Part shown: positions 36,201 through 45,636 of the stretch, one piece after another
Layout: each line of letters begins with the position of its first letter
Position numbering within the stretch: the first letter of the stretch is position 1
NCBI GenBank assembly: GCA_018817795.1
Contig: JAHITJ010000208.1
Location: 43,989-107,988, forward strand
DNA length: 64,000 bases
Source: Myxococcota bacterium
GTDB taxonomy: Bacteria; Myxococcota_A; Polyangia; HGW-17
Direction of reading: 5' to 3'
Notes under the pieces: generated by a model
Database searches by the model: none
The model's input: only the letters and a program-made list of their open reading frames with translations
Told to the model about the DNA's origin: nothing
Translations under genes and position numbers: made by a program

Positions 36201-38239
36201 AAGTCGCGGATGACGGTCGTGTAGTAAGCGACGACCTTCTCGAACTCCTCGAGGGCCTTCTTGGCCAGCGCGGCCTTCTCCGAGCCCTGGGCGCTCTTGG
36301 CCTGGTCGCCGTACTGCACGGCCTTGGCGATCATGGCCTGTCCGGTGTCGATGAGGGCAAACTGGCGGATCCCGAGCAGATCCTCACGCAGTTTGTCGAT
36401 GGTGATGGTGCGCAGCCGGACATTCTTCTTCTGGTTTTCCACCAGGAACCGCTGATGAAAGGCCAGGTAGCCCTCGATCTCGTCGTTGGTGAAGACCTTG
36501 TTCACCGCGAACTGGTAGAGCTCGCGCTTCTTGTCCTGCCAGGAGCGCAGGTTCTCGCGCAGTTGATTCTTGTCGCGCTCTGACTTGACCTCGGTGATTT
36601 CCCGCTCAACACTTTTGACCTTCATTTCAATCAAGGAAATCATGTTCCAGAAGATCAGGGGTTTGTCCGGGTTGTAGCGCCAGCCACCCTCGTCGTCCAT
36701 CTTGCGGAAGATATAATTGTAGAGATCATATGCGAAATTATAATCGGTTTCAGAGCGCTGGTAGGTCTTGTTCTCCTCAAAACCCATGAAGAAATCGGCA
36801 ACGCCCTTCCAGATCCGTTTGACATGGGGTTCGTTCTCGCGACCCTTGTAGAACGCGATCAACTTCTTCTGCGGACACTTGTCGAGACACTCCACGGCCA
36901 CGGGGGCCGTCCAACTGAACTGCTTCTTGGGATCCAGATCGGCGCCTTCTACGAATTTTTCTTCCTGCATCAAAAATCCGATGTATTTGATTGCAGCTTC
37001 ATGCGGACTGTTCTCGTCCCGGTTCTGTCCCAGCGCGACCACCATGTCGAACAGTTTCATGGCCAGGGCCGAGTTGATCTCGTTCTGGTACATCATCAGG
37101 CCCGCGAAGTACACGACGTAGCCACGGGTGGAGAGCGCACGGAACTCGGGTCCGAGCGCCTGCTTGTAGGCCGACAGGGAGTACCACTTGGTCATGGCCA
37201 GGTTGTACAGTTTGTCCTGGTCGGTGGTCTCGTTGGCCACGAACGGCAGGCGGTAGTCCGCCGAGAGGTACTTGCCCAGCGTGGCCCACGCGGTGCCCAG
37301 GAACTCCACGTTGCCCTTGATCGGGCGGCAGGTGGCGAACGGATCGAACGGCAGGTGGGCCGGAAAGTCCGTGATCGTCCAGCGCACGTAGTCGTTCATG
37401 GCCGTCATCGGCATCGTCTCGAGGCCCTTCTTGACCAGAAACGCCTTGAGGTCGTCGTCGAAAGGAGAGAATCCCCAGTTGGCGCAGACCGAAGCGATGG
37501 ACAGTTTGGCGGGCATGACACCGTCGGTGTCCTCGATGGAGAACGGCGGTTTTTCGTACATGCGGGCCAGCAGGTGCAGCACCGAGCCGATGTCGCGGAA
37601 CTTCGGATACAGGGTCACGAGCTTGCGCAGGTTCCCCTCGGCCTTCTTGTGGTAGAAGTCCATGCCCAGATCCGCCTCGGCGGGCCGGACCGTGCCCTTG
37701 GCCAGTTCCCGGGCCCGGACCATGATGCTCTGGTATTCCTCTTCGTAGATGTCCTTGCCGGTCTTCTCGTCCCGGTTGATGTAGTACAGGAACAGTTCTT
37801 CGGCGATCTCCTGGTAGATGACCGCGGTGCGCCAGAGAAGCTCCGGGGTCCAGGTCGGATCGGGAGTCTTCTCGTAGACCGCCAGGCGCTGCTCGAGCAG
37901 TTGCAGCAGTTTGGCGCGCTCGACGATGTCCTTGGCCTTGGCGGTGCGGCTGTCGCGATCCACCTGGGCCCGCAGGAACATCTCTTCGTTGCTCTTGAGC
38001 CGCTTGACCATGTAGTCGGTGGTCTCCGAGAAGCGGACGATTCCTTCCTTATATAGACGGTAATCGTTGCGAAGCGCGTCGATTTCCTTCTGAACCTCCG
38101 GCTTTTCCTTGACTTCCGGGGCCGGCTTGGGGTCGGCGGCCTTGACCGGAGCTGCCGGCTTGGGCTGGGCAGTCGCGACCTGTGGCATGGCCAGCAGGGA
38201 AACGAGGGCTAACAGGCGGAATATGCTTGATTTTTTCAT
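33218..38239 (-). CDS. Very large exported TPR/helical protein, GltD/AgmU-like (1673 aa)
   Basis: Signal peptide, PDPTWTPELLWRTAVIY, repeated YP/FP-x-S TPR turns, K/E-rich helices; upstream of a TPR lipoprotein and the motor genes. Confidence 0.7.
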   Translation of the reverse strand: MKKSSIFRLLALVSLLAMPQVATAQPKPAAPVKAADPKPAPEVKEKPEVQKEIDALRNDYRLYKEGIVRFSETTDYMVKRLKSNEEMFLRAQVDRDSRTAKAKDIVERAKLLQLLEQRLAVYEKTPDPTWTPELLWRTAVIYQEIAEELFLYYINRDEKTGKDIYEEEYQSIMVRARELAKGTVRPAEADLGMDFYHKKAEGNLRKLVTLYPKFRDIGSVLHLLARMYEKPPFSIEDTDGVMPAKLSIASVCANWGFSPFDDDLKAFLVKKGLETMPMTAMNDYVRWTITDFPAHLPFDPFATCRPIKGNVEFLGTAWATLGKYLSADYRLPFVANETTDQDKLYNLAMTKWYSLSAYKQALGPEFRALSTRGYVVYFAGLMMYQNEINSALAMKLFDMVVALGQNRDENSPHEAAIKYIGFLMQEEKFVEGADLDPKKQFSWTAPVAVECLDKCPQKKLIAFYKGRENEPHVKRIWKGVADFFMGFEENKTYQRSETDYNFAYDLYNYIFRKMDDEGGWRYNPDKPLIFWNMISLIEMKVKSVEREITEVKSERDKNQLRENLRSWQDKKRELYQFAVNKVFTNDEIEGYLAFHQRFLVENQKKNVRLRTITIDKLREDLLGIRQFALIDTGQAMIAKAVQYGDQAKSAQGSEKAALAKKALEEFEKVVAYYTTVIRDFPNSSLEYDASYMILLAYRDYMIDLAASDKARKDFIQTTLEWGRKVRDSHLGSKHQKESAAIIYEVYDKKLDLKIPPPPFDIKDENKLIKYTPKELSADFKNYIQDAFEYMKIYPKNDNSPVFINNIANIYLHYEQVDEARKYYWQLLESYCTHSVAINASQMLFLTYKFQQAEPGTESTFTAERDASIKKLEQKKCGGDKEHRELMLMISALEFNELVKKAEVVFNAAEKAKADGKNDPKKWKEALLMYRQLDGQMKDRRPDAKETEKLKEFEKNLFGVYWKIYTCTKELGDYPGAIEVLNKKIYEDETGRMMAIAHQDGYKEFMIFELAEAATKFFMEDLAMKMWQELTVVKPGGWRIKKEKKIEVKDESTYRVLAEEKLFWIYKAGGPKYHAKTLAQVDRLFDIFRKAKKMYNKEFEVAENELIKQLAQKMGISEDAVENYYSLSSSCEGGRCRVTVSDKILYYTDVIFNMEQDLIAQKGQSEGTARDMIGKIEQYERFLEGYVPLAKVKTKENESMWKARMDLTFRKANQWNNIQTLLAKNPDKAKKAAEEYGRYIQEYKDLYDQGVKAGLDPGVHVINYATALIQYAENALVKTYENPFKEKSTTEIDTFEKAKLAFDLWKKQLEGKGEELTKRFAKLKEDLEKKQAECLAEIQELIAAVQKIQAHQQKPGSVPEKELMDAVSKYQSLNKKYPNFLKDLQATGDVNKAVTKTIMERKDIAQLLKEQQALAQAGEKMGPENIKKYIKEQLPIAQKALTNAKKRFAGKSIPAITESDTILKGIKSDSTDGNDIGKLIQVMQNLAWLSVLQPATDTVTIMLVNGRSLDNLARGYDWYKNQKGAFRNQVAQIKGDLLALKMLLLYRGIKAFEEAPYLAMLAKEDLKNPEEVQKSGCTQTKADELETCFFAWRRKTYYNSTYRVTLDGQAQDLAIIPQDKVTDEYNQAFTALYELVEAEKLTSANIEEALGEYREFSKKKLRRSYQPEVEPLSR

Positions 38240-40914
38240 CAGGGCTGTCCTCCGGCGCCGGGCTTGCCGGGATCGGACGTGCCGGGTTTGGGCTTCTCGC
38301 CCTCCTTCGGCTCGGCCTTGGTCACGAACGGATCGGCATACCGTTCCTCGTCGAACTCGATGAGGTTGGCCTCAACCTCCCGGTACCGGTTTTTCATCTC
38401 ATTGGTGATCTGCTTGTTCCGGTCGTTGAGCCGGATCCATTCCAGCCGCGTCTTGGAGCGCAGCGACCAGTTCACATCGACGATGCCGAGATCGGACTCC
38501 ACGACCACGTCATGGAAGTGCCTGGCGATCAGGCGGATGCTCTCGGCCGTGATCAGTTCGTTGATCTGGCCGGACTGCTGCTTGTATTGCAGATACTGCA
38601 CTTCATAAGCCTTGAGGTTGGCCTCCTCCACGGTGATCTCTTCCTTGATCTTCGCCAGGCGTTCGTCAGCCAGGGCCTGAAGTTTCCCGTTCAGGTCGTC
38701 GATGCGGCGATCCATGGCGTCGGCGTTCTGCATCAGCGTGACCATCTTGTCGAAGAGCACCATCTCGGCACTGGAGAGCTTCCCGCGGATGCTGCTCCAC
38801 ACGGCAAACTCAGCGGCGATGGCTGAACGGTACTGGGTCCGGACGCGACGCTCGGCTTCCATGTCGGCGTCGTCGACGCCCACGGTCAGGCTCGCATCCA
38901 TGATCTTCGCCCGGATCGAGCGTGCCATCTCCAGCCCGGACTCGATCTCTGAGGACTCTTCCTGCAACTGGACCAGCATCGGAGCCAGCTGCTTCTGCCG
39001 CTCAGGCTTCTGTTTCTTGTAATACTCGTACATGCCGCCAACCAGTTGCTGGTATCCCTGCAGATCCTTGATCAGGTTGTCCACGGCCAGGATCTTCTCG
39101 TCGAACACCTTGCGGCGGGAGGCCAGCCGGTTGGCCAGGCTGTCCGTGCTCCGGGGCATGGTCTTGACATCCTTCTCCAACTTCTGGCGATCCTCCTCGG
39201 CCTTCTTCAATTGGGAGGCCGTGTTGCCGGTGACGTGCCGTGCAAACTGCGCGCGGGCCACCTTCAGGAGCTCGGCCCGGGCCTCCACGTTCTTGATCTC
39301 CATTTCATAGGTCTTGGTGCGCGTGTCGGCCAGCAGCGGGAAAAGGCCGATCTTGCTGGCCGACTGCAGACGGCGTTTGATCATCAGAAGGCTGTCGCGG
39401 GCATGCTCGAGGTTATCGCCGATGCCGGTGATGTCCTCGGTGACCAGGATCGCCTTCATCAGGGTCTGGTCTTCCTGGAACAGGGGAATGGCCTCGGGCG
39501 GAATGGCGTACTGAAGGCGGAACACCGTCTTCTTGTCGGCGTCCTTGCCCGAGCCTGCGACGTCTTCCTTCTTGCGGGTGATCTGGTCGAAGAACGCCTT
39601 GAGGTCCAGTTGCTTCTCCATCAGTTCCTTGATCTGCAGGTGCACGGCCTTGTAGCGCGTGGCCGTGTCGGAGAAGGCCTTGTTCGCCTCGGCCCATCTC
39701 TCGCCGCGGACGTTGAGATAGCCCAGCAGCAGCCGGGCGCGGGGAAGAAACACACTGTTGCGGTTGCGGACTTCCATGATCGCCAGCGTCTCGGCGGCCT
39801 TCATGACCTCCTCCTCGCGGACGTAGACCCATGCCATCTCGTACAGTGCGTCCTCGTAGTGCGGGGACTTGTCGGAGATCAACTTGTACCAGCGGACGGC
39901 CTCGCCCGTCTCGCCAAGCTCGTAGAAGATGCGACCCAGGGCCATCCGGGACAGCGCCTGGACTTCCTTTTCCTCGTCATTGCGCGGCTCGAAGTATTTG
40001 ATCTCCTCTTCACCGGCCTGCGCGGGAACCTTCTGGATCCACTTTTGGATCACGGTGTCGGAGGCCAGCACGGAGAACCGTCGGACGGCCTCGAACATCA
40101 GCATTTCGCGCATCTCGCCCAGCGAGGTGGTGTATTTTGTCAGGTTGACGGTCTTGCCGCCGCGCACGAACGAGGTGGCGCCCACCTGCCCCATGCGCAC
40201 CAGCGCCGCACCGGAGAAATACACGGCCTGGGGATACAGCAGCGGAAACACCTTCTTGGAATCCTTGTCCAGCGTCGGACCGATTTTGTCGAAAAAGCGC
40301 AGGGCTTCGAGGAACTTGTCGTTGGCCCACGCCTCGCGGCGCTCGCCGGCGGGCTTCTGGAACTCCTCGTAGGCCTGGTAGTAGGCAAACTTCCCGCGGG
40401 CGTAGTTGACCTCGGGGGAGTCCTTCAGTTCCGGCATCTGTTCGACGAGCTCGACGAGCTTCTCGATACCCCGGTAGTTCTGGGTCTTGATCGAGATTTC
40501 CAGCAGGCGTTTGATGGCCTTGGAGCGGAACGCAGGGTCCCAGCGCTGTTCGACGACCATCCAGTAATAATCGGCCGCCACCAGATAATTGGCGCTCGTG
40601 AACATGGCTTCGCTGAGATAGAACGTGGCCTCCTTGCCCAGTGTCGGGTGGGAGATCAGCGACAAAAACAGCGCGGCGGCGTCCTGGGGACGGTTGTTCT
40701 TGAGCAGGTAGATGCCGTTGAGGAACCGCTGCATGTCGTCATGCTGTTTTCCGAGTTGGACCTTTTTGGCGCTGGCGATGACCCCTTCGAGACGCTTGAG
40801 TGCAAAATCGAGCGCGGAAACGGAGTCGTTCACCTTGTCCAGCGGATCGGCCGCCGAGACGGAAGGAAGCAGCAATAGCGAAGCACAGGCCAGAAGTAAC
40901 AGGCGAGTTTTCAT
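38239..40914 (-). CDS. Exported TPR/coiled-coil protein (GltC-like position)
   Basis: Signal peptide; ALSRMALGRIFYE, SPHYEDALYEMAWVY, FHDVVVESDLGIVDVNW; stop overlaps the next start. Confidence 0.75.
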   Translation of the reverse strand: MKTRLLLLACASLLLLPSVSAADPLDKVNDSVSALDFALKRLEGVIASAKKVQLGKQHDDMQRFLNGIYLLKNNRPQDAAALFLSLISHPTLGKEATFYLSEAMFTSANYLVAADYYWMVVEQRWDPAFRSKAIKRLLEISIKTQNYRGIEKLVELVEQMPELKDSPEVNYARGKFAYYQAYEEFQKPAGERREAWANDKFLEALRFFDKIGPTLDKDSKKVFPLLYPQAVYFSGAALVRMGQVGATSFVRGGKTVNLTKYTTSLGEMREMLMFEAVRRFSVLASDTVIQKWIQKVPAQAGEEEIKYFEPRNDEEKEVQALSRMALGRIFYELGETGEAVRWYKLISDKSPHYEDALYEMAWVYVREEEVMKAAETLAIMEVRNRNSVFLPRARLLLGYLNVRGERWAEANKAFSDTATRYKAVHLQIKELMEKQLDLKAFFDQITRKKEDVAGSGKDADKKTVFRLQYAIPPEAIPLFQEDQTLMKAILVTEDITGIGDNLEHARDSLLMIKRRLQSASKIGLFPLLADTRTKTYEMEIKNVEARAELLKVARAQFARHVTGNTASQLKKAEEDRQKLEKDVKTMPRSTDSLANRLASRRKVFDEKILAVDNLIKDLQGYQQLVGGMYEYYKKQKPERQKQLAPMLVQLQEESSEIESGLEMARSIRAKIMDASLTVGVDDADMEAERRVRTQYRSAIAAEFAVWSSIRGKLSSAEMVLFDKMVTLMQNADAMDRRIDDLNGKLQALADERLAKIKEEITVEEANLKAYEVQYLQYKQQSGQINELITAESIRLIARHFHDVVVESDLGIVDVNWSLRSKTRLEWIRLNDRNKQITNEMKNRYREVEANLIEFDEERYADPFVTKAEPKEGEKPKPGTSDPGKPGAGGQP

Positions 40915-40976
40915 GATCAGAATCCTTGCAGGCGACGTTCGCCTGGGCAAACGCAGGCGGCGGGCCGCCGACGAAT

Positions 40977-41759
40977 TCACTTGGTCTTGGAAGGCTTCGT
41001 CTCTTCCTTGTTGACCAGGGCCTTGGACTGCAACTGGAACTGGATGTGCGGGCGCTGATCCAGCGGGGTCGTCCAGCCGCCCTTCTCCACACCCTGAACC
41101 TCAAGCGTGTAGTCCTTGCCTGGCTCGACATTGAACGAGTAGGTGTTGTGGACTTCCCACTTCCATTCCTTGACGTACTTGAACACGCCGTAGCCATTGC
41201 CCTGGTACGTGATGAACACGCGGAACCGCACGTTGCCGGGGGAGACGTGCCCCACGGGGATGGAAATCTCCTTCTTGGCAAGGACCTCGCGATCCTTCTC
41301 GCCGGCGTCGCTGTAGGAGGCGACGAGCTTGCCGTCCATGAGATAGCGCAGCCGCACCATCTTGAACGCGCCGCCCATCTTGTTGACGTGCTTGATGAGG
41401 ATCTTGGCGCCACCGAGCGTCTCCTTCTCGGCGGTCATGGCCTCCTTGAGCAACTGCAGGCGGAACTTGGTGGCCGTGACCTTGTTCTTCAGGTCCTCGA
41501 CGAGCTCGGCCAGTTGACGCAACTTCAGTTCATTGCTGGTAACCTCGGCGGCCGTCACCTTGTCCGGCGTCGGGGTCGTGTCGCGATCGACCTCGGTGCC
41601 GACCGTGACCGGAACGGTGGGGGCCTTCGGATCCACAGCCGTCTCGGCAGGCGGCGTCGGTGTCGCCGGAGGGGGCGTGGTGGGCGCCGTCTGCGCAGAC
41701 GTGCCGGAGACGACGAAAATTAAAAATAAAAACACAGGAAGGAAGAGTTTCGTTTTCAT
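40977..41759 (-). CDS. Conserved-looking exported protein heading the Glt-like operon
   Basis: Signal peptide, P/T-rich linker, coiled coil LAELVEDLKNKV, beta-rich domain YQGNGYGVFKY...EKGGWTTPLDQRP. Confidence 0.75.
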   Translation of the reverse strand: MKTKLFLPVFLFLIFVVSGTSAQTAPTTPPPATPTPPAETAVDPKAPTVPVTVGTEVDRDTTPTPDKVTAAEVTSNELKLRQLAELVEDLKNKVTATKFRLQLLKEAMTAEKETLGGAKILIKHVNKMGGAFKMVRLRYLMDGKLVASYSDAGEKDREVLAKKEISIPVGHVSPGNVRFRVFITYQGNGYGVFKYVKEWKWEVHNTYSFNVEPGKDYTLEVQGVEKGGWTTPLDQRPHIQFQLQSKALVNKEETKPSKTK

Positions 41760-42032
41760 GGTGCCTCTCAACTCATGGTTCATCTACCCGGTCAACCGGA
41801 CGTGATGCTGCGAATATATACATACCAATAGGCAAATCGTCAAACCAATTTGTCGGTACCCGTATACATTTAATTGCCTAACGTCTCAAACTCATCCGGA
41901 TTCGCCGGCCCTTTCCGACCTATAAACCCGCCGGTCACCGAAAAACAGGGCTGGTAAGACATGGCATTTTCCGATACAAGAGCCTTGGGAGCCGGTCGGA
42001 AAAACCCGAAACGCCCCGAAGGAGATGCCAGC

Positions 42033-43340
42033 ATGCTGATTCAGGACATCATCGCCCGCAAACGCGACGGGCTCAAACTGGACCGGTCCGAAATCGAGTT
42101 TTTCATCGATTCCTACACTTCCGGCGCCCTGCCCGACTATCAGGCCGCGGCACTGATCATGGCGATCTTCATCCGGGGGCTGGACAGCGAAGAACTGAGT
42201 TACTTCGCCAACGCCATGTTGCACAGCGGCACCGTGGTCGATCTCTCCCATATTCAGGGCATCAAGGTCGACAAGCACAGCACCGGCGGCGTCGGGGACA
42301 AGATCAGCATTCCACTGGCGCCCCTGGTCGCCGCCTGCGGCGTCAAAGTCCCCATGGTGTCGGGCCGCGGGCTGGGCCATACCGGCGGCACCCTCGACAA
42401 ACTCGAGTCCATTCCGGGCTTCTCCGTGCGCCTTCCTCTGGATGAGTATGCGCGCATCGTGGAAAAGGTCGGCGTATGCATGATCGGTCAGACCGAGGAA
42501 CTTGCCCCGGCGGACCGCAAGATCTACTCCCTGCGCGACGCAACCGCCTGCGTCCCCTCCATTCCATTGATCGCATCGAGCATCATGAGCAAAAAGCTTG
42601 CAGAGGGCATAGATGCCCTTGTGCTTGACGTCAAGGTGGGCACCGGCGCCTTCATGCCCACAGAAGAAAAGGCGGAACAACTTGCGCGCACGCTGGTTGA
42701 GATTGGCCGGCGTGCCGGCAAGAAGGTCACCGCCTTCCTCACTCGAATGGATGATCCCCTGGGCGTGGCCGTGGGCAACGCCTGCGAGGTGATCGAGTCC
42801 ATCGAGGTGCTGCGCGGGGGAGGGCCCGAGGACATCCGCGAGCTCACCCTGCTGATGGCCAGCCACATGCTCGTGATGGGTGGCGTCTGTCCCGATCCGG
42901 CCGCGGCGCGCGAGCGCTGCCTGGTCGCCCTTGGCGACGGCTCGGCCATCAAGAAGTTCAAAGAGTTGATCTCGGCCCAGGGAGGCAACCCCGAAGCGGT
43001 CGATCATGTTGAACTGTTTGCCCAGGCGGCCCACCGCACCATGGTGCGGGCGACCCGGTCCGGAATTGTGCAATCCGTGAACTCCACCGCCATCGGCATG
43101 GCCGGCGTGGTGCTGGGCGCGGGCCGTCGGCAGGTCTCCGATCCCGTGGATCCCGCCGTCAGCCTGTTCATCCGGAAGAAGATCGGCGACACGGTCGCAG
43201 CCGGCGAGGTGCTCGTGGACGTTCACTACAACGACGACCGGGGGCTGACCGATGCGCTGGAACGCCTCCAGGGAGCCTACGTCATCGATGATGCACCGGT
43301 TGCCAGGAAGCCCCTGGTCCTCAAGACCATTCAGAGTTGA
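42033..43340 (+). CDS. pdp: Pyrimidine-nucleoside (thymidine) phosphorylase
   Basis: IIARKRDG, VDKHSTGGVGDK, SGRGLGHTGGTLDKLESIPG, SSIMSKK, LDVKVGTGAFM. Confidence 0.95.
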   Translation: MLIQDIIARKRDGLKLDRSEIEFFIDSYTSGALPDYQAAALIMAIFIRGLDSEELSYFANAMLHSGTVVDLSHIQGIKVDKHSTGGVGDKISIPLAPLVAACGVKVPMVSGRGLGHTGGTLDKLESIPGFSVRLPLDEYARIVEKVGVCMIGQTEELAPADRKIYSLRDATACVPSIPLIASSIMSKKLAEGIDALVLDVKVGTGAFMPTEEKAEQLARTLVEIGRRAGKKVTAFLTRMDDPLGVAVGNACEVIESIEVLRGGGPEDIRELTLLMASHMLVMGGVCPDPAAARERCLVALGDGSAIKKFKELISAQGGNPEAVDHVELFAQAAHRTMVRATRSGIVQSVNSTAIGMAGVVLGAGRRQVSDPVDPAVSLFIRKKIGDTVAAGEVLVDVHYNDDRGLTDALERLQGAYVIDDAPVARKPLVLKTIQS

Positions 43341-43410
43341 TCGCACGTAGATGAAGCCCCTACCCGCCCTTTCGTGCAACCCGCGGCCCTTTCCTCTGTC
43401 CTGGTCGGGC

Positions 43411-44130
43411 ATGAAACCGGTCTTTCTCGCGCTTCTCCTGCTGAGCTCCTGCATCGACGGGCGCTCCTACCTCACGACCCGCCACCGCCACCTGCACTAC
43501 GAGGTCGAGGTGCAGCGCAACATCCGTCGCGAAATCCGCGTCACCCACGAGATCGACAACAATCGCCTGACCCTGCACTTCCAGGAGATACTGTTCTGCA
43601 GGCACGTGCAGTTCGACGTGGAAAAGATGAGCCTGATCCGCACCCAGACGCGCCCCGGCGCCGGCTATTACATGCTGCTCGGCGGCCTGATCGCCGCGCT
43701 GTCGATGCCCTCCTACTACATGGGATTGGCCAACTCATCGGGTACGGCCCGTGCGATACATCTATCGGTCGGGACCGGCATCTTCCTGGCCCCGGGCCTG
43801 TCGATCGGAGGCTACGGTTTTTGGAAGCGGCTCGAGGAGAACACCACCGTCGAGGACGCCGGAAACGTCCGTCGCGAGGTCAAGAGCACCGACTTCACCT
43901 GCGGCAAGGCGCCTCCGGCCGCGGGGTCCCGTGTGGAGGTGCTCACACGCATCGGCCACGTGCCGCTGGGCGATTTGCCCGCAGACGGCCGGATCACCGC
44001 CGATCTTGAACGCCTGCAGCCGCTTCGCAGCGAGGAAACCGGCCGGACCTACCTCGATGTCTTCGTCAATTCCGAGCGCGTCGGCACCATTGTGCTGTCC
44101 GATCCGAAGGCTTCCCCTCCAGCCCGCTGA
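43411..44130 (+). CDS. Hypothetical lipoprotein with internal hydrophobic hairpin
   Basis: MKPVFLALLLLSSC lipobox; two hydrophobic segments mid-protein flanked by a Cys pair. Confidence 0.7.
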   Translation: MKPVFLALLLLSSCIDGRSYLTTRHRHLHYEVEVQRNIRREIRVTHEIDNNRLTLHFQEILFCRHVQFDVEKMSLIRTQTRPGAGYYMLLGGLIAALSMPSYYMGLANSSGTARAIHLSVGTGIFLAPGLSIGGYGFWKRLEENTTVEDAGNVRREVKSTDFTCGKAPPAAGSRVEVLTRIGHVPLGDLPADGRITADLERLQPLRSEETGRTYLDVFVNSERVGTIVLSDPKASPPAR

Positions 44131-44252
44131 GATTTTTGAATTATATAAACGAATTCAAGAAGTTACGACCTCTACAGTGGTAAAATTCGCAACCGTAACC
44201 GGGTTCATGTAAACCTTTCTTGCGTTGAAACACGCAAAAAGGAGCAGTGCCT

Positions 44253-45530
44253 ATGCGTGCGATGAATGCCAGTGACAACTACATGACCGTTCCGGAAGAG
44301 AACATCAACTACATCGCGGCGATGGACATCGGATCGAACAAGATTTCGCTCTCGATTGGCCAGACCCTCGATGGCCGGTTCGATGCGCTTCTGGGTGTGG
44401 TCCATCACCAGTGCCAGGGCATCACCTCGGGCCGCATCACGAATCTGGAGGCCGTCACCGCCACGATTCGCAAACTGCTCTGCGAAGCCATTGAAATCAT
44501 TGGCTTTTCAGTCACAGAGGTCTTCGTCGGAATCACCGACCCGGAGATCGCGGTGCATCGCAACACGGCCATGGTGGCTGTCGCCGGTGATTCGATCACC
44601 TCCGAGGACATCGCCGACGTGCTCGAGGCGGCCGAGACAGCCATGCCGCTGAGGGAGAACGAGGCGATCCTGCATGTCATTCCCGAGCAGTTCCTGGTCA
44701 ACGGGCACCCCGTGGATGATCCCGTCGGCCGCTCCGGTGTCCGCCTAGACGTCGAGACCACGGTCCTGACCGTGCCACGCTCGTCGATCGTGAACGTGGA
44801 TCGCGTGTGCCGCGCCGCCGGGCTCACGGTTCGCGACATCTTCTTCTCTCCCCTGGGAACGCTGCAGGCAGTGACCCATCCCCGCCAGCGCCAGCTGGGC
44901 GTCCTGCTGCTGGACATCGGCGCCGGCACCACCGACGTCGTCATGATGGAGGGCGACCGGCTGCGCTACTGCGACGTGGTGCCGATCGGCGGACAGTCCT
45001 TCACCGAGTCCCTGGCCAACGGCCTGCGCTGCCTGCGCGAAGAAGCAGAAACCATCAAGATCAAGTGCGGCATGGCCTCTCCGGCCTACCTGAACAACCC
45101 GGATCTGGCCGTCGATTCAAGCCTGCTGTGCGGATCTGCGCCCGTCACCTACGGACAGGTCTCCCACATCCTCGAGTCACGGATCTCCGAGATACTGCAC
45201 ATCGCGCTGAACCGGCTGCACTACGCCGGCATCGGCCTGACGGCGCCGCACTCGATCGTGATCACCGGCGGCACCGCCCAACTGAACGGGCTGCGCGCCT
45301 TCATCCAGGAGTTGATCGAACTGCCTGTCGAGGTCGGGTTCGCCAACCTGCCGGCGGGCATGTTCGACCTCGCACGGCAGCCCGTGTTCTCCTCATCGGT
45401 GGGCCTGGTCATGTATGCCTCCACCCACGATCAGGGACACTCGCCGCGCATGACCGTGCAGATGACTGAAAAGAAAAACAATAATGTTTTCAAGAAGTTA
45501 GCGGACTTTTTCGGAGGTTTTTTTGACTGA
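44253..45530 (+). CDS. ftsA: Cell division protein FtsA
   Basis: AMDIGSNKI, ILHVIPEQFLVNG...DPVGRSGVRL, LLDIGAGTTD, IVITGGTAQL, C-terminal amphipathic FKKLADFFGGFF; directly upstream of ftsZ. Confidence 0.93.
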   Translation: MRAMNASDNYMTVPEENINYIAAMDIGSNKISLSIGQTLDGRFDALLGVVHHQCQGITSGRITNLEAVTATIRKLLCEAIEIIGFSVTEVFVGITDPEIAVHRNTAMVAVAGDSITSEDIADVLEAAETAMPLRENEAILHVIPEQFLVNGHPVDDPVGRSGVRLDVETTVLTVPRSSIVNVDRVCRAAGLTVRDIFFSPLGTLQAVTHPRQRQLGVLLLDIGAGTTDVVMMEGDRLRYCDVVPIGGQSFTESLANGLRCLREEAETIKIKCGMASPAYLNNPDLAVDSSLLCGSAPVTYGQVSHILESRISEILHIALNRLHYAGIGLTAPHSIVITGGTAQLNGLRAFIQELIELPVEVGFANLPAGMFDLARQPVFSSSVGLVMYASTHDQGHSPRMTVQMTEKKNNNVFKKLADFFGGFFD

Positions 45531-45636
45531 GACGCATTCCGCTCTTAGGATGCCTAGGAAGTCCGTCGTTCGAATTTGCGAAGACTGCTGAACTGGACCA
45601 CTTTAAAGTGGATTTGTCCCATAACGGAGGAACTCG

